Source: Wickerhamiella versatilis (Eukaryota). From it: 64,000 bases of DNA. Both the position numbers and the translations under genes were made by a program. Positions 32,201 through 40,376 of the stretch are shown in pieces. The notes under the pieces are model-generated. The model did not search any database. It saw only the letters and a program-made list of their open reading frames with translations, and had not been told where the DNA came from. Positions within the stretch are counted from its first letter, which is position 1. Every line of letters starts with the position of its first letter. The stretch lies in the NCBI GenBank assembly GCA_030867685.1, contig JAQOWU010000001.1, positions 62,001 to 126,000 on the forward strand, written 5' to 3'.

Positions 32201-33206
32201 TGTTCCTAGCAGCTCCGCTTCCTCTAGCAAGCCAGCTAGCTCAGGCAGCTCGACTATTCATAGTAGTGGCTCAGTGTCTTCTTCCTCATCGAGTAAGTCT
32301 GTGGAGACTTCACCAACTAGGCCCTCATCAAGGAGCAGTTCGTCGTTCAGTTCCCCACTCTCTTCGGCTAGTGGATGCTCTTGCACCGTGGTCGGTAGTG
32401 ACCCAGTGGATGGTAGCTGCACGTCGACACTGTCTGATTCTGCTTTCGATAAATTGACGGATGCTAATGACAAGATTCAGAACTTGCTTGCGTCTGGTGT
32501 TAACCCTGATGATGTATCTCCGATTCTGTCCGCTGTGTCAGGTGAGATATCCGACGTGACTTCTTTGGTTGAGTCGGTGGACTGTGTCAGTACCGACGTT
32601 GGTCGCGAATTGCTCAGCCACCTGAGTGTGGTTCTAGGGTCTTACGTTGAGTTTACCACTCAGAGTGAGATAAAGTCTGTGTTTGGTCAGTGCCCTACTT
32701 GCTTTGACGAATACACTACCGTCGATAAGCAATTGTCATCGCTGATTGTACTTCTAGATGACAGATTCAAGAGCAAGCCGTGCTCAATTGACTGCAATGA
32801 AGTGGCTCTGGTCAATGGCTATATCAGTACACTTAATGACGTTGGTAAGGCAACTGGTGATAGCTTGGGCAAAGAAGTTATTTCGATCTCGAGCTTTTCT
32901 GTTTGTAAGTCTATCCCAAGCTCATGCTCTCAGTCTACCTGGACTTCAGTGATTCCGGTTCCCTGCACAGCCAGTTCGTTACTCACCGGAACGATTACAG
33001 CAACCGGCCAGGCCGAAGCTGCAGTTGAGCAGCTGGTAGGTACAAACAAATTACAAAGGCGTGCCGCACCTACTTCAGCGGTCTCAAGTACTTTGGGCAA
33101 TGTAACTAGCCGAGCTACCGTTCCTACGCAACAAGGCACAGGAAGCGCCCTGAAACCAATGGGAACCCTTGCTGCTGTTGGTTTCGTGATTGCAATGCTC
33201 ATTTAG
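29265..33206 (+). CDS. Secreted, probably GPI-anchored Ser/Thr-rich cell-wall (adhesin/mucin-like) protein with a duplicated Cys-rich domain
   Basis: Signal-peptide-like N-terminus, ~700-aa Ser-rich tandem repeats, terminal GTGSAL...LAAVGFVIAMLI GPI-like signal, two homologous Cys-rich domains. Confidence 0.88.
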   Translation: MAQMLRTFGMLGALGSTLAAQGFSQAASDGVTCYSTSVVSSGGGCTCTSGLGDTASKLIQDTQSLLKDASAASVSNQTLPYQLAAIASGIDDFMKVTSDVDCLSAEASNDLLGEFGNVIVGYTKILDSLASLPAEDYEWCKTWIPSINSADKELDQLISKYNSWLSQNSCCVNCGSVAEVNADLQQLNSVVTKLGSVFQVSVVEIDSLTVCSNGKPECSSTSTIIVPYPCTQSTTGTVPLPSSTISPSIPTSRSHSGSTLSTGSKKSSVVSSKIPSTSSSIPYTPSSLSSRSSTASSGSSSVGPIGPSGTTASSKPSSSGSSTVSSGSSVFSGSSASSKPTSSGSSTVSSGSSASSKPTSSGSSTVGPIGPSGTTVSSKPTSSGSSPVSSGTTASSKPTSSGSSPVSSGTTASSKPTSSDSSTVSSGSSASSASSASSASSASSGSSASSKPTSSGSSTVSSVTSTVGPIGPSGTTASSKPTSSGSSTVGPIGPSGTTASSKPSSSGSSTVSSGSSASSGSSASSKPTSSGSSTVSSGTTASSKPSSSGSSPVPSSSASSSKPASSGSSTASSVTSTVGPIGPSGTNASSKPTSSGSSTVSSGSSASSKPTSSGSSPVPSSSASSSKPASSGSSTVPSSSGSSSKPSSSGSSTVSSGSSASSGSSASSKPTSSGSSPVSSGTTASSKPTSSGSLTVSSGSSASSKPTSSGSSTVSSGTTASSKPTSSGSSPVSSGSSASSKPTSSGSSTVSSVTSTVGPIGPSGTTASSKPTSSGSSTVSSVTSTVGPIGPSGTTASSKPTSSGSSTVSSGSSVSSKPTSSGSSTVSSGSSASSGSSASSKPTSSGSSTVSSVTSTVGPIGPSGTTASSKPTSSGSSTVSSGSSASSKPTSSGSSPVPSSSASSSKPASSGSSTASSVTSTVGPIGPSGTTASSKPSSSGSSTVSSGSSASSKPTSSGSSPVSSGTTASSKPTSSGSSPVPSSSASSSKPASSGSSTIHSSGSVSSSSSSKSVETSPTRPSSRSSSSFSSPLSSASGCSCTVVGSDPVDGSCTSTLSDSAFDKLTDANDKIQNLLASGVNPDDVSPILSAVSGEISDVTSLVESVDCVSTDVGRELLSHLSVVLGSYVEFTTQSEIKSVFGQCPTCFDEYTTVDKQLSSLIVLLDDRFKSKPCSIDCNEVALVNGYISTLNDVGKATGDSLGKEVISISSFSVCKSIPSSCSQSTWTSVIPVPCTASSLLTGTITATGQAEAAVEQLVGTNKLQRRAAPTSAVSSTLGNVTSRATVPTQQGTGSALKPMGTLAAVGFVIAMLI
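30160..32260 (+). repeat. Intragenic modular minisatellite
   Basis: Core 54-nt unit SSKPTSSGSSTVSSG(S/T)(S/T)A, 18-nt SSGSSA extras, and nine copies of GGTCCTATTGGTCCTAGTGGC (GPIGPSG). Confidence 0.95.
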
Positions 33207-33469
33207 AAGCAATTCTGTGGAATTAATTTAGTATAATCAATAATAATAAGTTTTTTATGATCTGTTAAGTCATTTGTCTGAAAGAAATGATTCACTGTAC
33301 GGCAACAACATTCTGTTGTCCTCGTCATTGTCAATATCAGCGATGAGGTAATCTAGCTTGATCAGCTTGATCAGCGTCGGGAAGCGAAGTGAGAAGCTGA
33401 AATTATAAGGGCTGATATCACCTGTGGTATCTTGTGTAAGTCGTGGAGGCTGTATTATTCGATAAGAGG

Positions 33470-34852
33470 ATGTCCACAGTCTCCATGGATGATTCAATAG
33501 AAGACGTGGTTATGTTGGAGGAGGTTGGTCATTTAAATACTCGTAATGTGGAAACATCTAGGTCCCTGAGTATCGGTTTTTTGGATGGAATGGGCCTCGT
33601 ACTTGGATTACAGATAGGCTCTGGAATATTTACGACTCCTGGAGTTGTTTATGGCCATTGCAAGTCCAGTATTTCATCTTTGATTGTTTGGTTTGTTGCT
33701 GGTCTCCTTGCATGGAGCGGTGCAGCTTCTTATAGTGAGTTAGGGACAAGATTCCCTCGCAATGGTGGAACACAAACCTATCTTAGGGAGTTGTTTGGTA
33801 AATTCATTGCGTTTTTATATGCATGGAGTACCATCACGATCCTCAAACCTGGAAGCCAAGCCATAGTTGCCACTGTATTCGCAGAGTATTTTGCACGGCT
33901 TGTTGGAATGCAGAGCCACATAGCCGGGAAGCTTATTGCTAGCCTTACCGTAGTAATGATAACTTTTTTGCATATGCTAAGTCCAGCTGCAGGGGCAGGC
34001 GCTACTTACTTCTTCATGGTAACAAAATTTTTGATGCTTGGATTTATATTCGTACTTGCGATAATTTATGTAGCTAGGGCTCAGAAAATCGGTGCCTTGA
34101 TGCAAGAAAATTCTACGCATTGGAAGGGGTTACCCCTCGCGTTGTATGGCGCTCTATGGTCTTATGATGGCTGGGACAATTTGAATTTCGTGAGTGCTGA
34201 GATGAAGGATGCAAATCGCGATTTGCCTCGTGTTTTGAATACCGCGATGCCGTTATTGACAGTTCTTTATATTGTTGCAAATATATCATATTTTCTTGTA
34301 CTGAGTCGTAGCGACTTACTGGGAGAGGCAACAAATGCAGGTGTTTCCTCAGAATTGGCGTGGAAGGTAGCGGGAAAATGGGGTAGTCTGATCAGTGAAG
34401 TTGGTATTTCTTTATCTTGCATAGGATCAATAAATGCGCAGACATTTACCTCAGCACATCTAGTTGTGTCTGCTGCTAAGGAAGATCATCTCATACCCTC
34501 TATTTTTGGCTGGAGCTCACCTAGATTTGGAACTCCTATCGCAGCTCTCAGCTTGCAGGCGTTCTTAGCCGTGCTCTATTGCTGGGTGAGCGAGTTTCGA
34601 TCACTGGTGACATTTTATGGTGCCGTTGGGTATGCATTTTACATGTTAACAACATTTGGACTTGCTAGATACAAGATTGGACACTTGAAGGGCTCCGAGA
34701 ACTTCTTTGTTGTACCTCTTATCCTACCTATAATTTTCAGTGTTGCTGCTGCGTTCTTGATCGTAGTGACAGTTGTGGAAAAGCCTTTGGCTATGCTTGC
34801 GGCATTTGGTTTCATTGCAGCCGGTGCCCCATTTTATTATATTTTTGTCTGA
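33470..34852 (+). CDS. APC-superfamily, LAT-family amino acid transporter
   Basis: IGSGIFTTPG, YSELG, PRNGG, WSYDGWDNLN; many hydrophobic segments; first ATG at 33470. Confidence 0.88.
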   Translation: MSTVSMDDSIEDVVMLEEVGHLNTRNVETSRSLSIGFLDGMGLVLGLQIGSGIFTTPGVVYGHCKSSISSLIVWFVAGLLAWSGAASYSELGTRFPRNGGTQTYLRELFGKFIAFLYAWSTITILKPGSQAIVATVFAEYFARLVGMQSHIAGKLIASLTVVMITFLHMLSPAAGAGATYFFMVTKFLMLGFIFVLAIIYVARAQKIGALMQENSTHWKGLPLALYGALWSYDGWDNLNFVSAEMKDANRDLPRVLNTAMPLLTVLYIVANISYFLVLSRSDLLGEATNAGVSSELAWKVAGKWGSLISEVGISLSCIGSINAQTFTSAHLVVSAAKEDHLIPSIFGWSSPRFGTPIAALSLQAFLAVLYCWVSEFRSLVTFYGAVGYAFYMLTTFGLARYKIGHLKGSENFFVVPLILPIIFSVAAAFLIVVTVVEKPLAMLAAFGFIAAGAPFYYIFV

Positions 34853-35073
34853 AATTTTCATGCATTTCTGCCTGTATATGTTGCCATTAATTTTTTTTGT
34901 GAATACCACTCATGGTCACAGGTAATTTAATATCAATATCAATCAAAGCACTTTTTATGCCATGTTGATCTTGACAGTAACTTAAACTAGAGGGTAAAAT
35001 GTAAGAACTCGACACTCATCTATCTTTAATTTTCACATAATAGTCCATCTGACTAAGAGATCTTAGGGGTGAT

Positions 35074-37683
35074 ATGTTAGATCCTCCTGCCACTGTTGGC
35101 TTGGGAATCGCGAGGGATGACTCGTTTGATTTCAGCTCGCCGCGGCCTGTTAGTCGAGCGGTGGAATTTCCCTTTATGGTCTCCGAACACAACTTTGATA
35201 CTTCGCAGCTTGCGAGAGTTGCTGGTGACGCTGCTGATACAGCGGAACTTGAAGAAGTATGTCTTAAATTTGAAAAAGCAGAGGTTGTGTATATTCATGG
35301 ACTTCATGAAACTGGCTGGGCTGATGCCACCTTGTTGAAGAATGGCAGACGCGGATGGGTACCAATCAATTACTTTGTACACTACACTGATGTTGTAGCC
35401 CTCCCTCTGTTTGCGGCAGCGGCAAATTTTGTAGCTCGACCGCGTAGCTACCGTGATCGCACCACTTTTGACAAGACTTTCTCGCCTGCGGCTGTGAATG
35501 AAGTAGTTAATGGTGTACGGTCACTGTTGCAGGAAACGGGAACCCTGAATCGCGACTCGTCGATCACAAAACGTCATGAAACGATTAGAAAGGCCAGAAA
35601 AGCGTTACTTACAGAACTCGCTCACGTGGTATCTGTGGCTAAAGCTAATAAGTATTCAACTGATGAAGCGATAATCGAAAAAATTATGAGGGGAGTATTG
35701 CGAACAGTATTTCGAGCCACAATTCTTATAACTGCCTGGAAAGATTCAGGTGAAAATATTCCTGCTGATATCCATCAGGAAGATGAAGTGAGTCTGACCA
35801 GATTGAGTGGGTCTTCTGCGAGCACCCAATATTCTCTTGGAAGTACGGATTCTGATATACGCCTCCGATCTTTTCCGGATCATAAGGTCGTGCCTTCTGC
35901 GGAGAAGAGATTGAGAGAGGTGGATACTGCATTTCGCGACTACTTGTCGCAGTTTATTCCTCAGCTAACACCAAAACCAGAACAGGAGATTAGCCTATCT
36001 GTCTTGACGAACACAAGATACTGCATGCTTGCTTGCAGAGAGCTTCTAGTTGTAGTGGAAGCCACTTCGGATATTTTAAAGTACCATGATGAAGCGCTGG
36101 AGACCCTTAAGGACCGAATGTTTAGCCAGCTCAGACAGCTAGTGGGTGCTGCAAGACAAGTAGTTGCTGTAGCTGATGGTACTTCAGACCGGCAATTCTA
36201 TGCTGCTACAAGCAGACTCGCTTCAGAGGCCCATAAATGTATTGCACTAGCAGAGTCATGTACACATGCAGCTTCTGAGGTTCTGAAGAGCCACAAGGTT
36301 GAGTTGCCTCCGCGCAGTTATCCTATATTTGATGAAATTATGCCAAAAGAAAGGGAAATAAGGGAACCAAAGGAGCCGAAGGAGTTAAAGGAACCAAAAG
36401 AACCAAAGGCTGAACTTCACGCACAGACGATGAATCCAGCGACGGACCTAATTGTGAGGGATGGAAAAGTAAAAGGAGGGACCTTAGAAGCCCTCATTCA
36501 TTGGATTTGTGGGAATGATGTCTCGGAATTTGAGCGCAGCTCCTTTATACTTTCATTTCGTTTGTTTGCCTCCCCCATTGATGTGGCTTCATTACTTGTT
36601 GCTGAGGGAAATTCTGCTGCTATAGAATGTTGTCGTCTTTGGATTGAGTCGTTTTGGCGTGCAGGTGACGATGTTGCTCTTCCCATTTTAGAAAAACTTC
36701 ACGGATTAACCAAAATCATTGAAAAACGCAGAAATGCATCCTTGTCGCGTCAGCTAGTACCGAGAAGTCTAGATAAACCTATCACTGAGGCTAATATCAT
36801 AAGGGAAGGACCATATGAAAACATTTCTCAGCGTAGACGGTCTTCTCAGCAAAGCTGGAAGCGAGTGTTTAGTGGTGGGTCCTCTATTAATGTTGCAAGC
36901 GTAGGATCTAAGCTGCTGGATTTCGAACCTGAGGACATCGCTACTCAGTTGACACTTATGACACACGAAGTTTTCACCGCATTAAAACCAGACGAACTCC
37001 TGGATCAACGATTTGCATCTTCCAAGCGCCACCTAGGACTTGCTCCACATGTAGCCCAGTTAATTCTGGGTTCTAACCATCTTGCAGCATTTGTTGGTGA
37101 TACGGTTTTAACTACAGACGAGCAGGCTACGCTTCGCCATCGCAAGCATCTTCTTCGCTTCTGGCTTCGTGTTGCCAAAGCGTTGTACACTCAGGGAGAC
37201 TTGAATTGCGTTGTCACAATTATGCTTGCCTTACAGTCTCGTAAGATATTGCGCCTCCGCAAAGTCTGGGAGATGCTATCTCCGAAGTCGCTGGCCACTT
37301 TCGAGGAACTTGGTGTTTTAACTACGCCGGAAAGAAACTTCTCTACTTATAGAAGGGAGCAAAAGGCACTTTTGGCTGCTGAAAGGCCGTGTATCCCATA
37401 TATTGGATTGTTCTTGAGTGACTTGACTCTCCTAGACGAGGGAAATCCTCGCGATATCCCTCTGAGTCAAGAAAGAAAAGGTATAAACATCGACCGTTAT
37501 TTACGTTCTTGTAAGATTATTGCCACGCTGCAAAAATTCCAAGGACATGCCGTTTTGCGAGATCTTCAACCAAACAGCTCACTACAATCGTGGCTGCGAG
37601 CAGAAATGGCAAAGTCGTGGAATAACGCTTCGCGTGATACTGAAGAGCAATGGCGTAGGTCTATTCTTATAGAGCCCGCATGA
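35074..37683 (+). CDS. SH3-REM-CDC25 Ras-family GEF (Bud5-like)
   Basis: SH3 (GWADATLL...RGWVPINY), REM (VKGGTLEALI, SFRLF), CDC25 domain (IATQLT, NFSTYR, PCIPYIGLFLSDLT). Confidence 0.85.
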   Translation: MLDPPATVGLGIARDDSFDFSSPRPVSRAVEFPFMVSEHNFDTSQLARVAGDAADTAELEEVCLKFEKAEVVYIHGLHETGWADATLLKNGRRGWVPINYFVHYTDVVALPLFAAAANFVARPRSYRDRTTFDKTFSPAAVNEVVNGVRSLLQETGTLNRDSSITKRHETIRKARKALLTELAHVVSVAKANKYSTDEAIIEKIMRGVLRTVFRATILITAWKDSGENIPADIHQEDEVSLTRLSGSSASTQYSLGSTDSDIRLRSFPDHKVVPSAEKRLREVDTAFRDYLSQFIPQLTPKPEQEISLSVLTNTRYCMLACRELLVVVEATSDILKYHDEALETLKDRMFSQLRQLVGAARQVVAVADGTSDRQFYAATSRLASEAHKCIALAESCTHAASEVLKSHKVELPPRSYPIFDEIMPKEREIREPKEPKELKEPKEPKAELHAQTMNPATDLIVRDGKVKGGTLEALIHWICGNDVSEFERSSFILSFRLFASPIDVASLLVAEGNSAAIECCRLWIESFWRAGDDVALPILEKLHGLTKIIEKRRNASLSRQLVPRSLDKPITEANIIREGPYENISQRRRSSQQSWKRVFSGGSSINVASVGSKLLDFEPEDIATQLTLMTHEVFTALKPDELLDQRFASSKRHLGLAPHVAQLILGSNHLAAFVGDTVLTTDEQATLRHRKHLLRFWLRVAKALYTQGDLNCVVTIMLALQSRKILRLRKVWEMLSPKSLATFEELGVLTTPERNFSTYRREQKALLAAERPCIPYIGLFLSDLTLLDEGNPRDIPLSQERKGINIDRYLRSCKIIATLQKFQGHAVLRDLQPNSSLQSWLRAEMAKSWNNASRDTEEQWRRSILIEPA

Positions 37684-37796
37684 CCTTCTTACCGTTATAT
37701 GATTTTTTTTTGGATCCATAGTGGAGTCCTAAAGCCTGTCATTTAGTCATTCTATTTATCCTCTGCATTCCTTGTAGTTTATTAAAATAACAATAT

Positions 37797-39662
37797 TCAG
37801 CGCTTGCTATTGGCATCGTTGTTTGAATTACTATTATTATTGTTGTTCTCGAAATTATCTCCCTCCAAGATGTCCAAGTCCCGATATCTGTCTTCAAAGT
37901 CTTCCACATACGCGTCTGGTTCTTCTATCCAGCGCCAGTTCGAGAAAAGACGACCTTTGAGCGAATCTGGAATATTAGAAGGCGGAGAAATAATACAAAA
38001 CGCCATATAAAGCACCCAGGCGACAATGAAGCCAACAAAATAGTTCACATTATACAGGTAGACTGCACCTTTAGGCACACCGGTATGCTTCATTTGAGTA
38101 GTACGAACGGCATCAGCAAAACCAGGCATGTTAGGTACTAATGCAAGCAAGTAAGCTAGAACGCCTCTCCAGTTTATTCCAAACTTACCATACATGTACC
38201 GTGAATTGACAGTGCCATTATAAAGATCCATCAATTCCAACCTGCCGCGCCGAAGCCAAAAGTAGTCACATAGGATCACGCCAGAAATCGAGCTCAAAAA
38301 GACACTGTATGCAGATAGGTATGTGGTAAAATTATTGTTACTGCTGAAAAAGTTCCAGGGGCAAATACAAAGCCCAATCATTGCGCAGATATACTGTCCT
38401 CGTCGAATATTGACAAAACGAGGAAGTAATGCAGTGAGGTCAGTACCTGCACTGGCAGAATTAGCAACAATATTAGTTCCTATCTGCGCTATAGCGAATC
38501 CCAGAGCGAAAAAAAATACACCCGCACGATTGCCAGCAGTGGGCTCGTCTCTTACGAATTTCATCATGACAAGCAGTGGATTCCAGGCATTAGACGCATC
38601 CTCTTTACTGGTATAGCGTGACTGAAATGCTGAGGAGATAAGAATACCGATAAGTGAAGTAATACCAAATCCTATAGGGATAGGCAGAAATTGTGACCAC
38701 GTTGACTCTTTCGGGCTCGCGGCAAATCTTGAGAAATCAGTAGCATTCATAATTAATGCAGCATAATTAGAAATGGCAGACATCATAGCCTTTATGAATG
38801 TCCATCCAATAGTAGAGGTAGGTACATCTTTGGAGATTGGAGCATGAATGATACTACCCGCACCATCTGCTTTTATCAACATCCAAATCATCAACCCAAA
38901 TGCGGCAATGGGTGCTACTACGATCTTAACCGTGAAAAGATGACGTAGACTTTGGATGGGGAACCATAAGAAGGGAAGTTGAAACAACCAGGCTAAGAAA
39001 AAACTTAAAAATTCGAATGTGCTGAGATTCCCTCCGCTCAAATCTTTCACACCTGTCGACTTATTCACACCGATGTAATAGGTATGTTTTCCGAAAATAG
39101 ATACGAGAATCAGCTGTATGCATTGGCCAAGTATGTAGGACTGAGAACCCCACCAAATAATGGCCAAAACTACGCGATTTATAACTGGCCATAGCGATCC
39201 ATAGACACCCCATGACGCCCGCGTTCCCACAGGAAAGCTCACATGATAATGTGAACCAACCCGCTGGGCTGCAAGAATAAACAAGGCTGCAAAAGTATAT
39301 CCCAACCAAATGGCAATCCAGCAAAGCCACCATGAAAGTCCACCGTTGTCCTCACCAAGATAAGAACCAGCGATCTCCATAGTGTTAACGTTGATAGCAT
39401 CAGCAAACCAGAAATTGACGAAATTATACCATCTCCAGTTTCTGCGACGCTCTTCGACAGGCTTCAAATCTGGATTAAACAAAAATTGTTGGCTCATACT
39501 GAGTCCTCTAGTATCGCCGACCTCGAACCATTTTAACCAAGCTTTGAGACTGCCCTTATTTTCGGGAAGTGCTTTCCATGTCTTGTATTCTTTGTTCTGC
39601 ATCGTGCCCTCCTCAGGGATGGCAACGGCAGTAAATGGATCTAGATCCTTTTTATCTGACAT
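37797..39662 (-). CDS. NCS1 nucleobase permease (Fur4/Dal4/Fui1 family)
   Basis: LFNPDLKPVEERRRNW, HVSFPV..RASWG, NATDFSRFA, NIRRG, ICPWNF. Substrate cannot be resolved by eye. Confidence 0.93.
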   Translation of the reverse strand: MSDKKDLDPFTAVAIPEEGTMQNKEYKTWKALPENKGSLKAWLKWFEVGDTRGLSMSQQFLFNPDLKPVEERRRNWRWYNFVNFWFADAINVNTMEIAGSYLGEDNGGLSWWLCWIAIWLGYTFAALFILAAQRVGSHYHVSFPVGTRASWGVYGSLWPVINRVVLAIIWWGSQSYILGQCIQLILVSIFGKHTYYIGVNKSTGVKDLSGGNLSTFEFLSFFLAWLFQLPFLWFPIQSLRHLFTVKIVVAPIAAFGLMIWMLIKADGAGSIIHAPISKDVPTSTIGWTFIKAMMSAISNYAALIMNATDFSRFAASPKESTWSQFLPIPIGFGITSLIGILISSAFQSRYTSKEDASNAWNPLLVMMKFVRDEPTAGNRAGVFFFALGFAIAQIGTNIVANSASAGTDLTALLPRFVNIRRGQYICAMIGLCICPWNFFSSNNNFTTYLSAYSVFLSSISGVILCDYFWLRRGRLELMDLYNGTVNSRYMYGKFGINWRGVLAYLLALVPNMPGFADAVRTTQMKHTGVPKGAVYLYNVNYFVGFIVAWVLYMAFCIISPPSNIPDSLKGRLFSNWRWIEEPDAYVEDFEDRYRDLDILEGDNFENNNNNSNSNNDANSKR

Positions 39663-40158
39663 TTTTTGGATCGGGAACTTTTCGTTCTCTGGAAATGATA
39701 CGTGGCTCAGTATATTATCAAAAATGATCTGATGATAACTCGTACATCCCTGGACAAAACCCTAGCCTTGATTTGAAGATAGTCTGCCGCTAACTGCTTT
39801 TCTAATAACTGTAAGGGTACAATGTAGGGTTAGCACCGAATTGATACTTTCCCAGCAAAGGTATATTTTCGATTATAGCTCTATGTGGTTGCAAACAGTA
39901 CCTAGCTCTCTTCTCTGATGAAAATACCATCAAAATTTTCAGTGTATCGAGTAATACTATCGAGTAAGCCTAGCGAACAACCCTACCACGCAATCCAAAA
40001 AGAGACATACCGAGAAATTCCGGCCTTTTTGTCTGAACTCTGTTTTCTAGCGGCTACAGTATAAATATGGACAAAGTAATTCGTGAAATCTAGAAAGAAA
40101 TTACTATTCCTATAGTGCTCAACCTTATAATTACCTACCTCTAGTTTCTCAATAATTC

Positions 40159-40232
40159 GGTCTGGTAGCTCAGCTGGTTAGAGCGCATGACTGTTAATCA
40201 TGAGGTCGAGAGTTCAATCCTCTCCTGGACCG
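40159..40232 (+). tRNA. tRNA-Asn(GTT)
   Basis: 74 nt; acceptor GGTCTGG/CTGGACC; anticodon arm CATGA-CTGTTAA-TCATG; T arm GAGAG-TTCAATC-CTCTC; T7 terminator directly after. Confidence 0.96.
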
Positions 40233-40376
40233 TTTTTTTGTCATTTCTAATTTTTTTATAATCTGACTATTTTTTGCGGATTGTTTGATCCAATACTTTA
40301 TTTATTTACAGAATATTGAATTTTTTTTCATGTCTATCCTATATATGGGCATACCAAGCTAGAAAGTAGATTGTGA

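Noticed and set aside
29945-32230. 761-aa antisense ORF (LEAEE/LPELVGLL repeats) and other-frame ORFs inside the adhesin-like gene
   Set aside because: Non-ATG start; a stop-free repeat unit stays open when multiplied, so this is a shadow of the Ser-rich array.
30160-32260. Regular repeats resembling a CRISPR array
   Set aside because: No unique spacers, in-frame coding, eukaryotic context, no cas genes.
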